From positions 2,784,001-2,848,000 of the forward strand of contig CAVXGK010000002.1 in the NCBI GenBank assembly GCA_963761305.1: a stretch of DNA of 64,000 bases, in the 5' to 3' direction. Source of the stretch: an uncultured Gemmatimonadaceae bacterium (lineage in GTDB: Bacteria > Gemmatimonadota > Gemmatimonadetes > Gemmatimonadales > Gemmatimonadaceae). Under the pieces are notes generated by a model that was given only the letters and a program-made list of their open reading frames with translations, was not told where the DNA came from and did not search any database. Shown one piece after another: positions 1 through 9,787 of this stretch (position 1 is its first letter; each line of letters starts with the position of its first letter). The position numbers were made by a program, and so were the translations under genes.

Positions 1-1
1 C

Positions 2-196
2 TTCAAGGGTCACGTCAACGTCGGGTTCTTTCACGGCGACGCGCTACCCGATCCGGCGGGGCTGTTGCAAGGAACCGGCCGGTACATGCGGCATGTGAAA
101 GTCAAACCCGGCGTTGTCATCGACGAGTCGTTGCTCGAGGCGTTGATCGACTCCGCGTACCGAGACATCCTTTCGCGATTGACAGTCGCTAGATGA
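2..196 (+). CDS. DUF1801/YdhG-like protein, C-terminal part (5' end outside window)
   Basis: Frame 2 reads FKGHVNVGFFHGDALPDPAGLLQGTGRYMRHVKVK...* (TGA 194-196). The HVNxGFxxGxxLxDPxxLLxGxGxxMRHVK pattern is typical of this family. Not in the ORF track because it has no start. Confidence 0.8.
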   Translation, partial: FKGHVNVGFFHGDALPDPAGLLQGTGRYMRHVKVKPGVVIDESLLEALIDSAYRDILSRLTVAR

Positions 197-232
197 GTCA
201 ACCGAGGGCTTCCGCTGTCGGCAAACGGCGCC

Positions 233-1186
233 CTATCGCAGCGCGTTCAAGAATCGCAGGACCTCGGGCCAGACGACGTCCGGCTGCTCCGCGTACAGCA
301 TGTGCGCCGCGTGGGGCACGCGGACGAATCGGCTCTTGGGGATCAGCGTCCACTCCTGGACCATGTCCATCGGAATGGCGTCCTCCTCGCCGTGCATGAT
401 CAGCGTCGGGATCTCGAGTGTCGCGAGCGACGGCCGGAGATCCCAATCCCCGTACGAATTCATGACCGCGCCGTTGGTCTTGGTCAGGCCATAGCGAATC
501 CCGGCGGGATCCGACGCGCACAGATCGGAGTGAATGCGCGACAGTGACGCGGCGTCCGCGACGCGCGGACGGAGCGCGATCGCCCAGTACTCGCGGCACG
601 CCTGGCGAACGTTCTCACCCGCGACGAGCCGCCGATTGGCGTCGGCCGACTTCGCGCGCTGCGCGCTGTCCATCCGGCCGTTCATCGTCCGACCAAAGCG
701 CTGCCAGAAATCGCCCCGATGCGGCGGCACCGCTCCCAAGAGCACCATCGCCCGCACGTGCTCGGGATGCGCGATTGCGTACGTCGCGGCGAGGAGTGGC
801 CCATACGAGTGCGCGACGAGAATCACGCGGTCGATGTTGAAATGGCGGCGCACGGCATCGAGATCGGCGATCTGCGCGGCGGCGGTCAACACCTTCATGT
901 CGGTCGGCAGCGTCGATCGGCCGGCGCCGCGCTGGTCGTAAAAGATGACGACGTGCTCGTCGGTGAGCGGCGTGAAGTCGCCGTAGATGCTCTCGAGATC
1001 GACGCCCGGGCCACCGTGGATCGCGATGATCGTGTCACGTCCGCGGCCCACCACTCTATAGAAGAGGCGGACGGAATCCGTCGAGGTGATGTACCCTTCG
1101 TTCGACTTCTGGGCGTTCGCCGGCGCGTGTGGCATGGCGGTGAACGACGCGAGCGCCATCGCGAGGATAGAGTATCGAGTGGGCAT
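233..1186 (-). CDS. Secreted alpha/beta hydrolase (proline iminopeptidase-like)
   Basis: Signal peptide; HGGPG oxyanion motif, YDQRGAG, AHSYG nucleophile elbow, GEED acid, C-terminal His (AAHM). Confidence 0.88.
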   Translation of the reverse strand: MPTRYSILAMALASFTAMPHAPANAQKSNEGYITSTDSVRLFYRVVGRGRDTIIAIHGGPGVDLESIYGDFTPLTDEHVVIFYDQRGAGRSTLPTDMKVLTAAAQIADLDAVRRHFNIDRVILVAHSYGPLLAATYAIAHPEHVRAMVLLGAVPPHRGDFWQRFGRTMNGRMDSAQRAKSADANRRLVAGENVRQACREYWAIALRPRVADAASLSRIHSDLCASDPAGIRYGLTKTNGAVMNSYGDWDLRPSLATLEIPTLIMHGEEDAIPMDMVQEWTLIPKSRFVRVPHAAHMLYAEQPDVVWPEVLRFLNALR

Positions 1187-1335
1187 CCGATGTCGGTGAT
1201 TGTGCTTGAATCCTCGGCGACGCCGAATCGTGCGTCAACCATCGCCGTTCTGCCTCGAATCGACTACGCTACGTTGAAGCTCGACGCGCTTCGAACTCGT
1301 TTCGCGTCGCTCGAAACTCGTCGCCGAATCCTTCG

Positions 1336-1581
1336 ATGAGACACGTCAGAATTCGCCGCGTCACCGCGGAACCTCAGCATCACTTCGCCGGGATTGGCGC
1401 TGCGCTCGGCGTGGTCGCGGTTGGAGCCATCGCCTTCGGTGCCATCGCCATCGGTCGGCTCGCCATTCGACGCATGGCGCTCGGCAGCGGCTCGGTCGAT
1501 CGACTCTCGATCAAGGAGTTGGATGTCGGGCGTCTTCGCGTGCGCGAATGGGCGCCGACGGAAGACGAGGACCTGTCGTGA
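1336..1581 (+). CDS. Small membrane protein with GAxAxGAxAIGRLAI repeat
   Basis: 81 aa with a Gly/Ala-rich hydrophobic segment; stop is 3 nt before the next gene. Confidence 0.6.
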   Translation: MRHVRIRRVTAEPQHHFAGIGAALGVVAVGAIAFGAIAIGRLAIRRMALGSGSVDRLSIKELDVGRLRVREWAPTEDEDLS

Positions 1582-1584
1582 ACC

Positions 1585-2139
1585 GTGGAGATTGACGAGG
1601 CAATCGCGCTGCTGCGCGACGCCGTCGGAGACAGCGGCGACACGAGCGGCGTTTGGGCCGACCTCGGCGCCGGCGCGGGAACCTTCACGCTCGCCTTGGC
1701 GCGCATGCTGGGCGCCGGCAGCACGATTTACGCCGTCGACGACGACGCGAACGTCGTCCGCGCGCTCCGTGAACTTTCGATGCCAGCGGACGAGACGCGC
1801 ATCGTTGCGGTCGACGCGGACTTCACGCGTCCCCTCGATCTGCCTGGACTGGACGGCGCGAAGCGACTCGACGGCGTCCTATTGGCGAACTCCCTGCACT
1901 TCATACGCGACGCGACCGCCGTGCTCACGCAACTCGTGCACACTGTGCGCGGCGGCGGTCGTGTGATCGTCGTCGAGTACGATCGTCGAGAGAGAAGTCG
2001 CTGGGTGCCGTACCCGATTCCGGCGTCGCACTGGCCATTACTCGCGGCGGCAGCCGGACTGCGCGACGCGGCGATCACGGCGACGCGACCGTCGGAGTTT
2101 TCGGGATACCTATACGTCGGCGCGGCGACGAAACCGTAG
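1585..2139 (+). CDS. Class I SAM-dependent methyltransferase
   Basis: ADLGAGAG motif I, AVD motif II, DGVLLANSLHF, GGRVIVVEY. Confidence 0.88.
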   Translation: MEIDEAIALLRDAVGDSGDTSGVWADLGAGAGTFTLALARMLGAGSTIYAVDDDANVVRALRELSMPADETRIVAVDADFTRPLDLPGLDGAKRLDGVLLANSLHFIRDATAVLTQLVHTVRGGGRVIVVEYDRRERSRWVPYPIPASHWPLLAAAAGLRDAAITATRPSEFSGYLYVGAATKP

Positions 2140-2141
2140 AC

Positions 2142-2366
2142 TCACGACTGCTGGAGCGGCTTGGCGTCCTTGTCGCTGCGGGTCGAGATGCGAAGCACGA
2201 AATACAGCAGCGACCAGCCGGTGAGGCTCGACACGAGGAGAATGACGTCGGCCACGCCGAACACGAGGCTGAGCGTACCCCGCGGCAGCTCGAAAAACAC
2301 GACGCCGACGATGGCGCCGAGGAGCATTCGTATAGTCCGGTCAGCGTCCCCGAGGTTCTGTGTCAT
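2142..2366 (-). CDS. DUF2892/YgaP-like small membrane protein
   Basis: MTQNLGDADRTIR...G...LY..L.IST pattern with two TM helices. Start could be as far up as 2393-2423. Confidence 0.7.
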   Translation of the reverse strand: MTQNLGDADRTIRMLLGAIVGVVFFELPRGTLSLVFGVADVILLVSSLTGWSLLYFVLRISTRSDKDAKPLQQS

Positions 2367-2527
2367 GCCCTCGCCCGAATCGTTGCTCGACATGCGATCG
2401 GCGGTCATCGGACCGCCCTCATGTAAATAGCGGCTGGGGCGTCGTTCGGCCAAGGCCGGGGCTTTCGGACGGAACTCGGCGCGCATCTTGAGAAAAGAGC
2501 ACGCGCCAGGAGCGGCCGAGCGATCTC

Positions 2528-3148
2528 ATGAAAAGCGTGTTGTGCTACGGCGATTCGATCACGTGGGGACGCAACCCCGCCAACGGAACGCGATTCCCTT
2601 TCGATCAGCGATGGCCCGGCGTCTTGCAGGCGCGACTCGGCGCCGACTATCGCGTCATCGAAGAGGGACTGGGCCAGCGACTCGTCGCCGCCGAGTCGTG
2701 GGTGGTGCCGCACCGCGACGGTCGCGCGATGCTCGGCCCGCTCCTCGAATCACACGCGCCGCTCGACTGGGTGATCATCATGCTCGGCACGAACGACTGC
2801 GGGCCGACGTTTGACCTGAGCGTCGGTGAGATCGCGATCGGCATGACGACGATGCTCTGGGCGATTCAGAAATCGGCGGCCGGACCGAGGGGCGCGGCGC
2901 CGCGAGTGGTCCTGATCTCGCCGCCGCTCCTGGGCAAACTCTCGCCGTTCATGGAACTCTTCTTTCACGGCGCGGACCATACGGTCCGTGGGTTGGCGGG
3001 CGCGTTCGCGACGGTAGCCGAAACGTGCGGTGCGAAGTTCCTGGACGCGGCCAAGGTCGTCCCGCCGGGCCCGATCGACGGCGTGCATCCGGATGCGAAC
3101 GGTCATCGCCAGCTCGGCGAGGCCGTCGCGGCTATCGTGCGAGACTAG
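2528..3148 (+). CDS. SGNH/GDSL hydrolase
   Basis: GDSITWG block I, MLGTND block III, DGVHP block V. Confidence 0.92.
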   Translation: MKSVLCYGDSITWGRNPANGTRFPFDQRWPGVLQARLGADYRVIEEGLGQRLVAAESWVVPHRDGRAMLGPLLESHAPLDWVIIMLGTNDCGPTFDLSVGEIAIGMTTMLWAIQKSAAGPRGAAPRVVLISPPLLGKLSPFMELFFHGADHTVRGLAGAFATVAETCGAKFLDAAKVVPPGPIDGVHPDANGHRQLGEAVAAIVRD

Positions 3149-3208
3149 CCATCGGGGGAGCAACATCCGCTTGCCCTCGCACGACGGGCGACGCAATGTT
3201 GCAGCGCG

Positions 3209-3862
3209 ATGAACGACATGCTCCCCGCCGACGCGCAGCTCGCGCGCGAGACGCTCCGCCTGACGCCGGAAGTGCTGGCGGCCGACTCGAACGTGACGCC
3301 CGCCGTCGTCGCCGGCTGGGAGCGCGGGCAGATCAAGGTTCCGCGTCGCGTCGCGGCCGAGCTCCGGTGGCGCGTTGCACGCAAGGAGCGACTTGATGCC
3401 CTCGCGGCGAGCGGGCTCGCGACCTGTAGTTGGATAGCCGCATTCGAGAAGGAGCCGCCCCGGAAGGGACTAGAGAAGCAGAATGAGAACGTGGATCGGC
3501 TGCTCGCCCACATGCGGAGCTGCGACGTGTGCACGGCACGAGAGACGTTCATCGAGGAGCGGTTTCCGCCGATGCCTGACCCGCCGGTCACAGGCTGGCT
3601 GGCGCTCGTCGTCCCGATCGTACGGCGAGTTCAGGCGTTGCCCCGTTGGGCGCAACCGCCGGCGGTCGGCGCGCTGATCGGTCTCGCGTACGGACTGTTC
3701 AGGCTCGTCTTGACCCTACCGGCGATCGCCCGAGCGTCGGCGCAAGGACTGCTCGGGGCTCTCGAAGGACTCGCGGCGAGTGCGCTCGTCGGTGTTGTCG
3801 GCGGATTTCTGTACGGAGCGTATCGGCGTTTGCGCAGACCGCCGGTCGCGACCGACCCATGA
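3209..3862 (+). CDS. Membrane protein with N-terminal XRE-like HTH and HxxxCxxC zinc motif
   Basis: ARETLRLTPEVLAADSNVTPAVVAGWERG (XRE/HTH_3-like), C...HMRSCDVC, then hydrophobic helices. Stop overlaps the next ATG (ATGA). Confidence 0.7.
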   Translation: MNDMLPADAQLARETLRLTPEVLAADSNVTPAVVAGWERGQIKVPRRVAAELRWRVARKERLDALAASGLATCSWIAAFEKEPPRKGLEKQNENVDRLLAHMRSCDVCTARETFIEERFPPMPDPPVTGWLALVVPIVRRVQALPRWAQPPAVGALIGLAYGLFRLVLTLPAIARASAQGLLGALEGLAASALVGVVGGFLYGAYRRLRRPPVATDP

Positions 3863-4272
3863 GCAACTCCCGCATTCTCGCCGAGTTCATGGAAGTGGTA
3901 TGGAATCAGGGCGACGCGTCGGCGGCCGATCGATTTCTCGCCGACAGCTACGTGATTCACAGCGATCCCGGCGACCCCTGGGACGGACAGACGCTGTCGC
4001 GCGAAACTTTCAAACAACGTTTGCTGACGTCTCGCGGCCCGTTCCCCGATTTGCGCTTCGACGTGAGCGACACGATCGCAGACGGCGACCGGGTCGCGAT
4101 CGCCTGGACGATGCGCGGCCGGCAGACCGGATCGTTCGCCGGTCGTCCGCCGACCGGCCGCAGCATCGAAGTGAAAGGAATGACCATCTACTACTTCACC
4201 GCCGGCCGGATCACCGGCCATCGACAAGTCGTCGATCGACTCACGGCCGGGCGCCAACTCGGCCTGGCATGA
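3859..4272 (+). CDS. SnoaL-like ester cyclase (NTF2 fold)
   Basis: ATG at 3859 coupled to the upstream stop; FPDLRF...GDRVAIAWT.RG..TG.F.G.PPTGR.I...G.TIY.F..GRI. Confidence 0.88.
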   Translation: MSNSRILAEFMEVVWNQGDASAADRFLADSYVIHSDPGDPWDGQTLSRETFKQRLLTSRGPFPDLRFDVSDTIADGDRVAIAWTMRGRQTGSFAGRPPTGRSIEVKGMTIYYFTAGRITGHRQVVDRLTAGRQLGLA

Positions 4273-4320
4273 GCTCGACTCGCCGCTCAACGTTCTGAGA
4301 AGCCGACCGGAGCATCCAGC

Positions 4321-4935
4321 ATGTCCTACGTCGATTCGCAGCTGCTGCCGAACGAAGTCGTCGTGTATCGCGCGCGTCTTCACCGCAGCTTGTTCATTCT
4401 CCCGTGCGTCTTCGGCCTCCTTGCCGCCGGCACGATGGTCTTCGCGCTCGCGCGGCATCCGTTCTGGTGGCTCGTGCTCGCGCTGGCGGTCCTCGGCGCG
4501 ATTACGTTTGCCGCGGCGTGGGTGAAGTACACGACGTCGGAGTTCGCCGTCACCAACAAGCGCGTCGTCATCAAGGTCGGCTGGATTCGCCGCCGTACGG
4601 TCGAAACGATGCTCGCGAAAGTCGAGGGAATCGGCGTCGATCAGAGTCTGACCGGCCGACTCTCCGGATTCGGCACCATCGTGGTGACGGGCACCGGTGG
4701 AACGAAGGAAGAGTTCGACCGCATCGCCGACCCGCTCGAGTTTCGCCGGCAGGTACAGGCGGCGATCGCCGCCGGCGACGATGCTCGTGCGGGAATCGCG
4801 GCGCCCGAGGGCGGCTACGCTCCCGCGGACCGCCAGGAACGAGAGTGTCCCTACTGCGCGGAGCGAATTCTCGCCAAGGCAAAGGTCTGTCGATTCTGCG
4901 GCCGCGACGTCAGCGCAGCCGCGCCGACCCAGTGA
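4321..4935 (+). CDS. Bacterial PH-domain membrane protein with C-terminal zinc ribbon
   Basis: Two TMs, EFAVTNKRVVIKVG...VDQS..GR..GFGTI, then CPYCAE.I...AKVCRFCG. Confidence 0.85.
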   Translation: MSYVDSQLLPNEVVVYRARLHRSLFILPCVFGLLAAGTMVFALARHPFWWLVLALAVLGAITFAAAWVKYTTSEFAVTNKRVVIKVGWIRRRTVETMLAKVEGIGVDQSLTGRLSGFGTIVVTGTGGTKEEFDRIADPLEFRRQVQAAIAAGDDARAGIAAPEGGYAPADRQERECPYCAERILAKAKVCRFCGRDVSAAAPTQ

Positions 4936-4946
4936 CGGAGCCCAAC

Positions 4947-5219
4947 ATGGCGGAGACCCTTTCGGCTACCGAGTCGGCCGTGCTCAGCGTGTTTCGGCAA
5001 ATGGGGGCGCGTGCCGGCGCGCTGATGCCCGACGACGTTCTCCGCTCGAACGTCCTGTACGGCGGCGGCCCATCGCTTCCGGGCGACCTCGAAACCGCGA
5101 TCCTCAACCTGCAGTTTCGTGGGCTCATCACTCCGGGACCCGACCCCGTGAGTGCCATTTCGTGGGTGCTGACTCAGTCGGGCGAAGCGGTCCTCAAGGC
5201 GCCGCACGGGAATCGCTAG
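4947..5219 (+). CDS. Hypothetical protein (possible winged helix)
   Basis: GGAG then ATG at 4947; 90 aa ending in L..RGLI...WVLTQSGEAVL. Confidence 0.55.
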   Translation: MAETLSATESAVLSVFRQMGARAGALMPDDVLRSNVLYGGGPSLPGDLETAILNLQFRGLITPGPDPVSAISWVLTQSGEAVLKAPHGNR

Positions 5220-5222
5220 AGG

Positions 5223-6596
5223 CTACTCCAGCAACGGTCCGCTGGTCGCGCCGGCCGGCTGAAGCGACGCGCTAGCGGCGCTGGCGCTGCCGAGCGCGTG
5301 CCAATCGCGCGGCGTATCGGTGACGCGGCGCAGAATCGAGAACGACACGATCACCATGGCGAGCAGCGAGAGGATCGCGAACGCTTCGCCGGTGAGCACG
5401 GGCATGCCGCTCTTCTCGACCGTGATCCACGTCGTCGCGCCCCAGATGAGTGGACCCGTCACCGCCGAGAAACGGCCGACCATTCCATATAGTCCGTAAA
5501 ACTCGCCGACGCGGTCGGGCGGCGTGAGCCGCAGCATGAACGGACGGTCCGACGCCCACGTGCCGCCGAGACAGATGCCTGCCGCGCACGCCACGACGAA
5601 CAGCCAGACGATGTGCAGGTGCAAGAAACCGATCGACGCGGCCGTGACAAACGTCAGCATCCATCCGACGAGGACGATGTTCAACGTGCGCTTTGGGCCG
5701 ATCTTGTCCACGATGAAGCCCCACAGAATGCCGCCGAGAATCGCCGCGGTGATGGCCGACATGAGGACGAGCTGCGCCTTTTGCTCGCCATTCTCCTTCG
5801 TGAGGCCCGTCGAGATCGCAACGTTGACCGTGTAGAGCGACATGAACAGGATCACGGTGTTGATCGCATCCGTATAGAAGGCGCGGCCGATCAAAAAGCG
5901 CAGCAGTCCCGGAAAGCGATGTCCCGACTTGAGCGTTTGGACGGTTTGCCGCAACGACTCGGCGACCGCGTCGAAAGTAAAGATGGAACGCGGGTTCGCG
6001 TTGCCGCGCTCGCGCACGAACAGAAAGCAGGGGATGGCCAGCGCCAGAAACGCGAGGGCAACGAACAGGAAGTAGTTGGCGAACGGGAACTCGTGCGTCT
6101 TCGAGGCCATCAGGAGCCCGGCGCCGACGGCGATATACGAGCCGGTGTACCCGATACCGATGGCGATGCCATTGATGCGCCCGCGGTTTTCTTCCGTCGT
6201 CACTTCGGGCAGCAGCGAGTCGTAGAACTGCACGCCCGCCTGGTAGCATCCATTCGCGATCACGAATAGCAGCGCACTCACGGCGAACGGTCCGCGGCCG
6301 ATGAGGGCCGTGGCGGCGCAGCAGAGGAGCGTCGCCCACACGAGGAACGGCATTCGGCGACGCGCGCGGTCGGTCATCGCGCCGAGCAGCGGCGAGAGGC
6401 AGAACATGATGCCCATCGACACCGCGCTGATGCGCCCGAGCAGACTATCGGCACGCTCGGAGCCGACGGCCGCCCGCACGAAGAGCGAGAAGTAGAGCGA
6501 CGTCACCCCCATGGAGAAGATGACGTTGGCCAGATCGTAGACGATCCAGCTGACCACCGCCCGTCGCGGAATGACTCTCGTCGGTTCAGACGTCAC
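5223..6596 (-). CDS. MFS transporter (UMF1/ATG22-like)
   Basis: SWIVYDLAN start, about 12 TMs, G.MTDR..RR and FYDSLLPE motifs. Confidence 0.88.
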   Translation of the reverse strand: MTSEPTRVIPRRAVVSWIVYDLANVIFSMGVTSLYFSLFVRAAVGSERADSLLGRISAVSMGIMFCLSPLLGAMTDRARRRMPFLVWATLLCCAATALIGRGPFAVSALLFVIANGCYQAGVQFYDSLLPEVTTEENRGRINGIAIGIGYTGSYIAVGAGLLMASKTHEFPFANYFLFVALAFLALAIPCFLFVRERGNANPRSIFTFDAVAESLRQTVQTLKSGHRFPGLLRFLIGRAFYTDAINTVILFMSLYTVNVAISTGLTKENGEQKAQLVLMSAITAAILGGILWGFIVDKIGPKRTLNIVLVGWMLTFVTAASIGFLHLHIVWLFVVACAAGICLGGTWASDRPFMLRLTPPDRVGEFYGLYGMVGRFSAVTGPLIWGATTWITVEKSGMPVLTGEAFAILSLLAMVIVSFSILRRVTDTPRDWHALGSASAASASLQPAGATSGPLLE

Positions 6597-6700
6597 GCGT
6601 CGCCAAATCCATGTAAATGGTCACCTGAACGATGCTTCGAGCCCGGTCACCCGACAATACGACAACCAACGTAGACAAGAAAACGACGTCACGAAACGAG

Positions 6701-7393
6701 TCACGTCAGGGGCGCAGGGGCCGTCGCCGGTCCCGCCGGTTGCGATTGCGCCCCGGCGCGGGCAGGCATGCGTTTGCCGTAGGCGAAGGTCCACGAAATC
6801 GTGGCGAGCAACAGCCCGCCCAGAACGATCGGCGACACGACCAGCACCGTCGCCACGGGAAGCGTATATACGAGCACGATGCGCACGACGAACTCCCCGA
6901 GCGACGTCACGCCCCACACGACTGTGATGAGGCGCATCGTGCGTCGAAACCCGGGCCGCTGCCAGCCGCGGTCGAAGTCGGCGATGCGCGCCGGATCGCG
7001 GCCCGCGGTGAAGTAGCGCGAGACGTAGAACATGATCGGACGCGGCGCCGCGAGCGAGGCGAAGCATGCCAACCCGAACGCGCCGGTGAAGAACGACTCG
7101 CGAATCAACAGCAGCTTCGGACTGCCGCCCAGCAACACCGCGATCATGCTCACGACGATGCTGACGAGCGAGAGCAGCGCCACCGGATCGAGCGATCCGA
7201 CACGGAGCAGATCGACGACGCTCCATCCGAGCGGGAACACGGCCGCCGCACTGAGCGCCGCGAGCTCCGACGCCGCGAAGTAACGCTTCGCGAATTGATA
7301 CAACAACACGGGCACGAGCGCGTTCAAGACCATGCTGACGAGCAGACCGCGAAACAGGCGCTGCGTCGGCGCCGTGGCCGTTGGCGCGGTCAT
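6701..7393 (-). CDS. VC0807-like integral membrane protein
   Basis: ATG at 7393 overlaps the upstream stop; six TMs, LLLIRESFFTG..GL...S...PRP, ITVVWG. Confidence 0.75.
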   Translation of the reverse strand: MTAPTATAPTQRLFRGLLVSMVLNALVPVLLYQFAKRYFAASELAALSAAAVFPLGWSVVDLLRVGSLDPVALLSLVSIVVSMIAVLLGGSPKLLLIRESFFTGAFGLACFASLAAPRPIMFYVSRYFTAGRDPARIADFDRGWQRPGFRRTMRLITVVWGVTSLGEFVVRIVLVYTLPVATVLVVSPIVLGGLLLATISWTFAYGKRMPARAGAQSQPAGPATAPAPLT

Positions 7394-7782
7394 GCTTCCG
7401 CGGTGGCAGCAGTGGCGAGGGCTTCGACCGCGGCGAGCGGCGCGGCGACATCGGTGGGCACCCCGTGTCGCTCGATGAGATAGGCGAGCGAATTGTAGGA
7501 GACCCACGCGGCTCCGTGCTCATCCTCCCACACGAGAAGTTTGAGAGGAAGGTCGATCGCGATGCTCGGCGCGGCGAGCATCGCCGGTGTGCCGGCGCGC
7601 GGACTGCCGAACACGACAAGCTTCGTAGGACGCATCGTCATGCCGACCGCCGCCGCCTCGCCGCTGTGATCGATCAGCGCGAACAGCGAGATCTGCTTGG
7701 CGTCGAGGAGCGCCTTGATGCGGGCGACGGTGTCGTCGACCGAACGCGCGCTGCGCCGCGAGACGATGCCGTGTTCACTCAT
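7390..7782 (-). CDS. DUF302 domain protein
   Basis: FALIDHSGEA..VG..MRPTKLVVFGSP.AGT..M......IDLPLK.LVWED. Confidence 0.88.
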   Translation of the reverse strand: MSEHGIVSRRSARSVDDTVARIKALLDAKQISLFALIDHSGEAAAVGMTMRPTKLVVFGSPRAGTPAMLAAPSIAIDLPLKLLVWEDEHGAAWVSYNSLAYLIERHGVPTDVAAPLAAVEALATAATAEA

Positions 7783-7867
7783 CCGCTGGAGTATAAATTC
7801 CAATAGCCGCGACGACGAGCCATCGCCCGTCTCCGTTGTGAAACGGCCCGCCTTTCGTGAACCCCAT

Positions 7868-8299
7868 GTGTCGCCAACCTTGACGTTCTCGGCAGACGAT
7901 TTGCGGTCGGCGCTCTTTGCCTACACGCTGTCCAGAGGCGACGGCGCTTTCGTACACCAACACGCCGTCGACGCACTCGGTGCGCAAACCGCGAACGCGC
8001 GTACCACACCGATGCAGCTCACGTTCGCGCTTGCGGGACTGTACTTGAAGGTTGAACTCGGCTACACGGGGCGACAGGTCCGGCAGGTGCATGCGGCGCT
8101 CGCCCGACGCCGCCCCGCGTGGCCTCTCGTCGAGCCGCCGACACTTCGCGGAACGATGACGGTCGAGGACGTTCTCGCCGCGCCCGCAGGTCCGCCGCGC
8201 GACGCAACGATCGACGCGTGGTGCGCCGCGGTGTGGACGGCATTTGCGCCGTGCCGACAGATTGTGATTGACTTTCTGAAGGACAACGGCGTCGTCTGA
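7868..8299 (+). CDS. DUF5946-like hypothetical protein
   Basis: YTL...D..FVHQHAVDA..AQ...FAL.GLYL..E.GYTG..V..VH...W...VW. Start uncertain (GTG 7868 chosen). Confidence 0.65.
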   Translation: MSPTLTFSADDLRSALFAYTLSRGDGAFVHQHAVDALGAQTANARTTPMQLTFALAGLYLKVELGYTGRQVRQVHAALARRRPAWPLVEPPTLRGTMTVEDVLAAPAGPPRDATIDAWCAAVWTAFAPCRQIVIDFLKDNGVV

Positions 8300-8301
8300 A
8301 C

Positions 8302-9540
8302 TCACCGCTTCGCGCCCGCCCACTTGTAGACCACGCCGCCGCGCATCACGAACACCACGCGCCGCACGGCGGTGAGGTCCTTCAGCGGATCGCCGTCGAG
8401 CGCGATGATGTCCGCCTCGTAACCCGGCGCGAGCGATCCGAGTCGATCGCCCATGCCGATCGCCTCGGCGGCGAGCGAGTTCGCCGAGACGAGCGTCTTC
8501 ATCGGCGTTTCGCCGCAGTGCTCGACGCGCCCGAGGAACTCCTCGGCGTTGCGTCCGTGCGCGCCGGCGGTGGCGTCGGTGGAGAAGACGACCTTCGCGC
8601 CGGGCGTGTGGACGGCGATGGTGCATATCTCGAAATCGCGCGGCAGGTCGCGCTCCATGATGTTCATGCCTTCGTCGGTGAAGCCGCCCGAGCCGACGTA
8701 TCGCGCGCGGTTCTCGAGATAGTTCTGCACGACGAGCCCGACCTGCGGACTGATGTACGCGCCGGCCTTCACGGCGGCGTCGATGTCTTCCTGCGTCGAG
8801 TACGTGGCGTGCTCGATCTCGCGGCACCCCGCGCGCGCCGCGGCGCCCGCTTGCGAGCGGTACGCGTGCACCATGCTCCGCAGTCCGACCGCGGCCGCTT
8901 CGTCGCACAGCACTTTGAGCTGTTCTTCCGTGATCGTGGGTCCGGCGCCGACGCGTTCACTCTTTGATGCGAAGATCTTGATGAGGTCCGCGCCCTGCGC
9001 CTTGCGACGGCGCACCATCGCGCGGAGCGAGTCGGCCGACACCGACGAGTCGGGCACGATCGGCGAGAGCGACGTCAGCACCCGCGGGCCGGGGAATCCG
9101 TGATCGCGAATCATGTCGCGGAGCGGCGCTTCCGACGGCGCCCCGACGGACTGCACCGTAGTGAAGCCGGCCATGAGCGTGACCCATGCGTTGTCGGCGA
9201 TGCCGAGTGCCGCCTCGGCGGCCGGCTCGTTGCGCGTCGCGATGCGACCCGTGCGGTCGAAGTGCGAGTCCAGGTGGACGTGCGTGTCGATCCAACCCGG
9301 GAGCACTGTGTAGCCGCGGAGATCGATCGTCGCCGCGCCACCGGCCGGCGACGCGAGCGACGTGATCTTTCCTTGGGAGACGCCGATGCGGGCGTTGTTC
9401 AACACGCCGCCGCGTCCGTCGAGGGCATGATCGGTCAGGATGACGACCGGTCCAGGCGGCGCCGGTGCCGGAACAGGGACGACTTGAGCGCCGAGTGGTG
9501 CCACGAGGAACGAGAGGAGGATCGCGGGATTGGTTCGCAT
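8302..9540 (-). CDS. Secreted metal-dependent amidohydrolase
   Basis: Signal peptide; PGWIDTHVH, IEH, STD, LGSLAPGYEADIIALDGDPL. Confidence 0.92.
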   Translation of the reverse strand: MRTNPAILLSFLVAPLGAQVVPVPAPAPPGPVVILTDHALDGRGGVLNNARIGVSQGKITSLASPAGGAATIDLRGYTVLPGWIDTHVHLDSHFDRTGRIATRNEPAAEAALGIADNAWVTLMAGFTTVQSVGAPSEAPLRDMIRDHGFPGPRVLTSLSPIVPDSSVSADSLRAMVRRRKAQGADLIKIFASKSERVGAGPTITEEQLKVLCDEAAAVGLRSMVHAYRSQAGAAARAGCREIEHATYSTQEDIDAAVKAGAYISPQVGLVVQNYLENRARYVGSGGFTDEGMNIMERDLPRDFEICTIAVHTPGAKVVFSTDATAGAHGRNAEEFLGRVEHCGETPMKTLVSANSLAAEAIGMGDRLGSLAPGYEADIIALDGDPLKDLTAVRRVVFVMRGGVVYKWAGAKR

Positions 9541-9787
9541 CGTAGGCAGTGGTGTATGAGCTGATTCTGAATGCCGAGCCCGCCAAGCGTTAGGGGGCTG
9601 AAGATTAGGTAAGGCACGGAAATGGCGCGTCGCAAACCGCTCGTTCCGGAGTTGGGCACTTCTTTCCGGGATGGCGGTATTACGGTCCCCCGCGCACGAT
9701 AACGGTGTCTAAACCGATGGGTTGCGCGCTACGCTCGACGGAGGGCGTGGCGTTCTGGATCGCACCTCTCAAACGAAGGCGGTTCGA

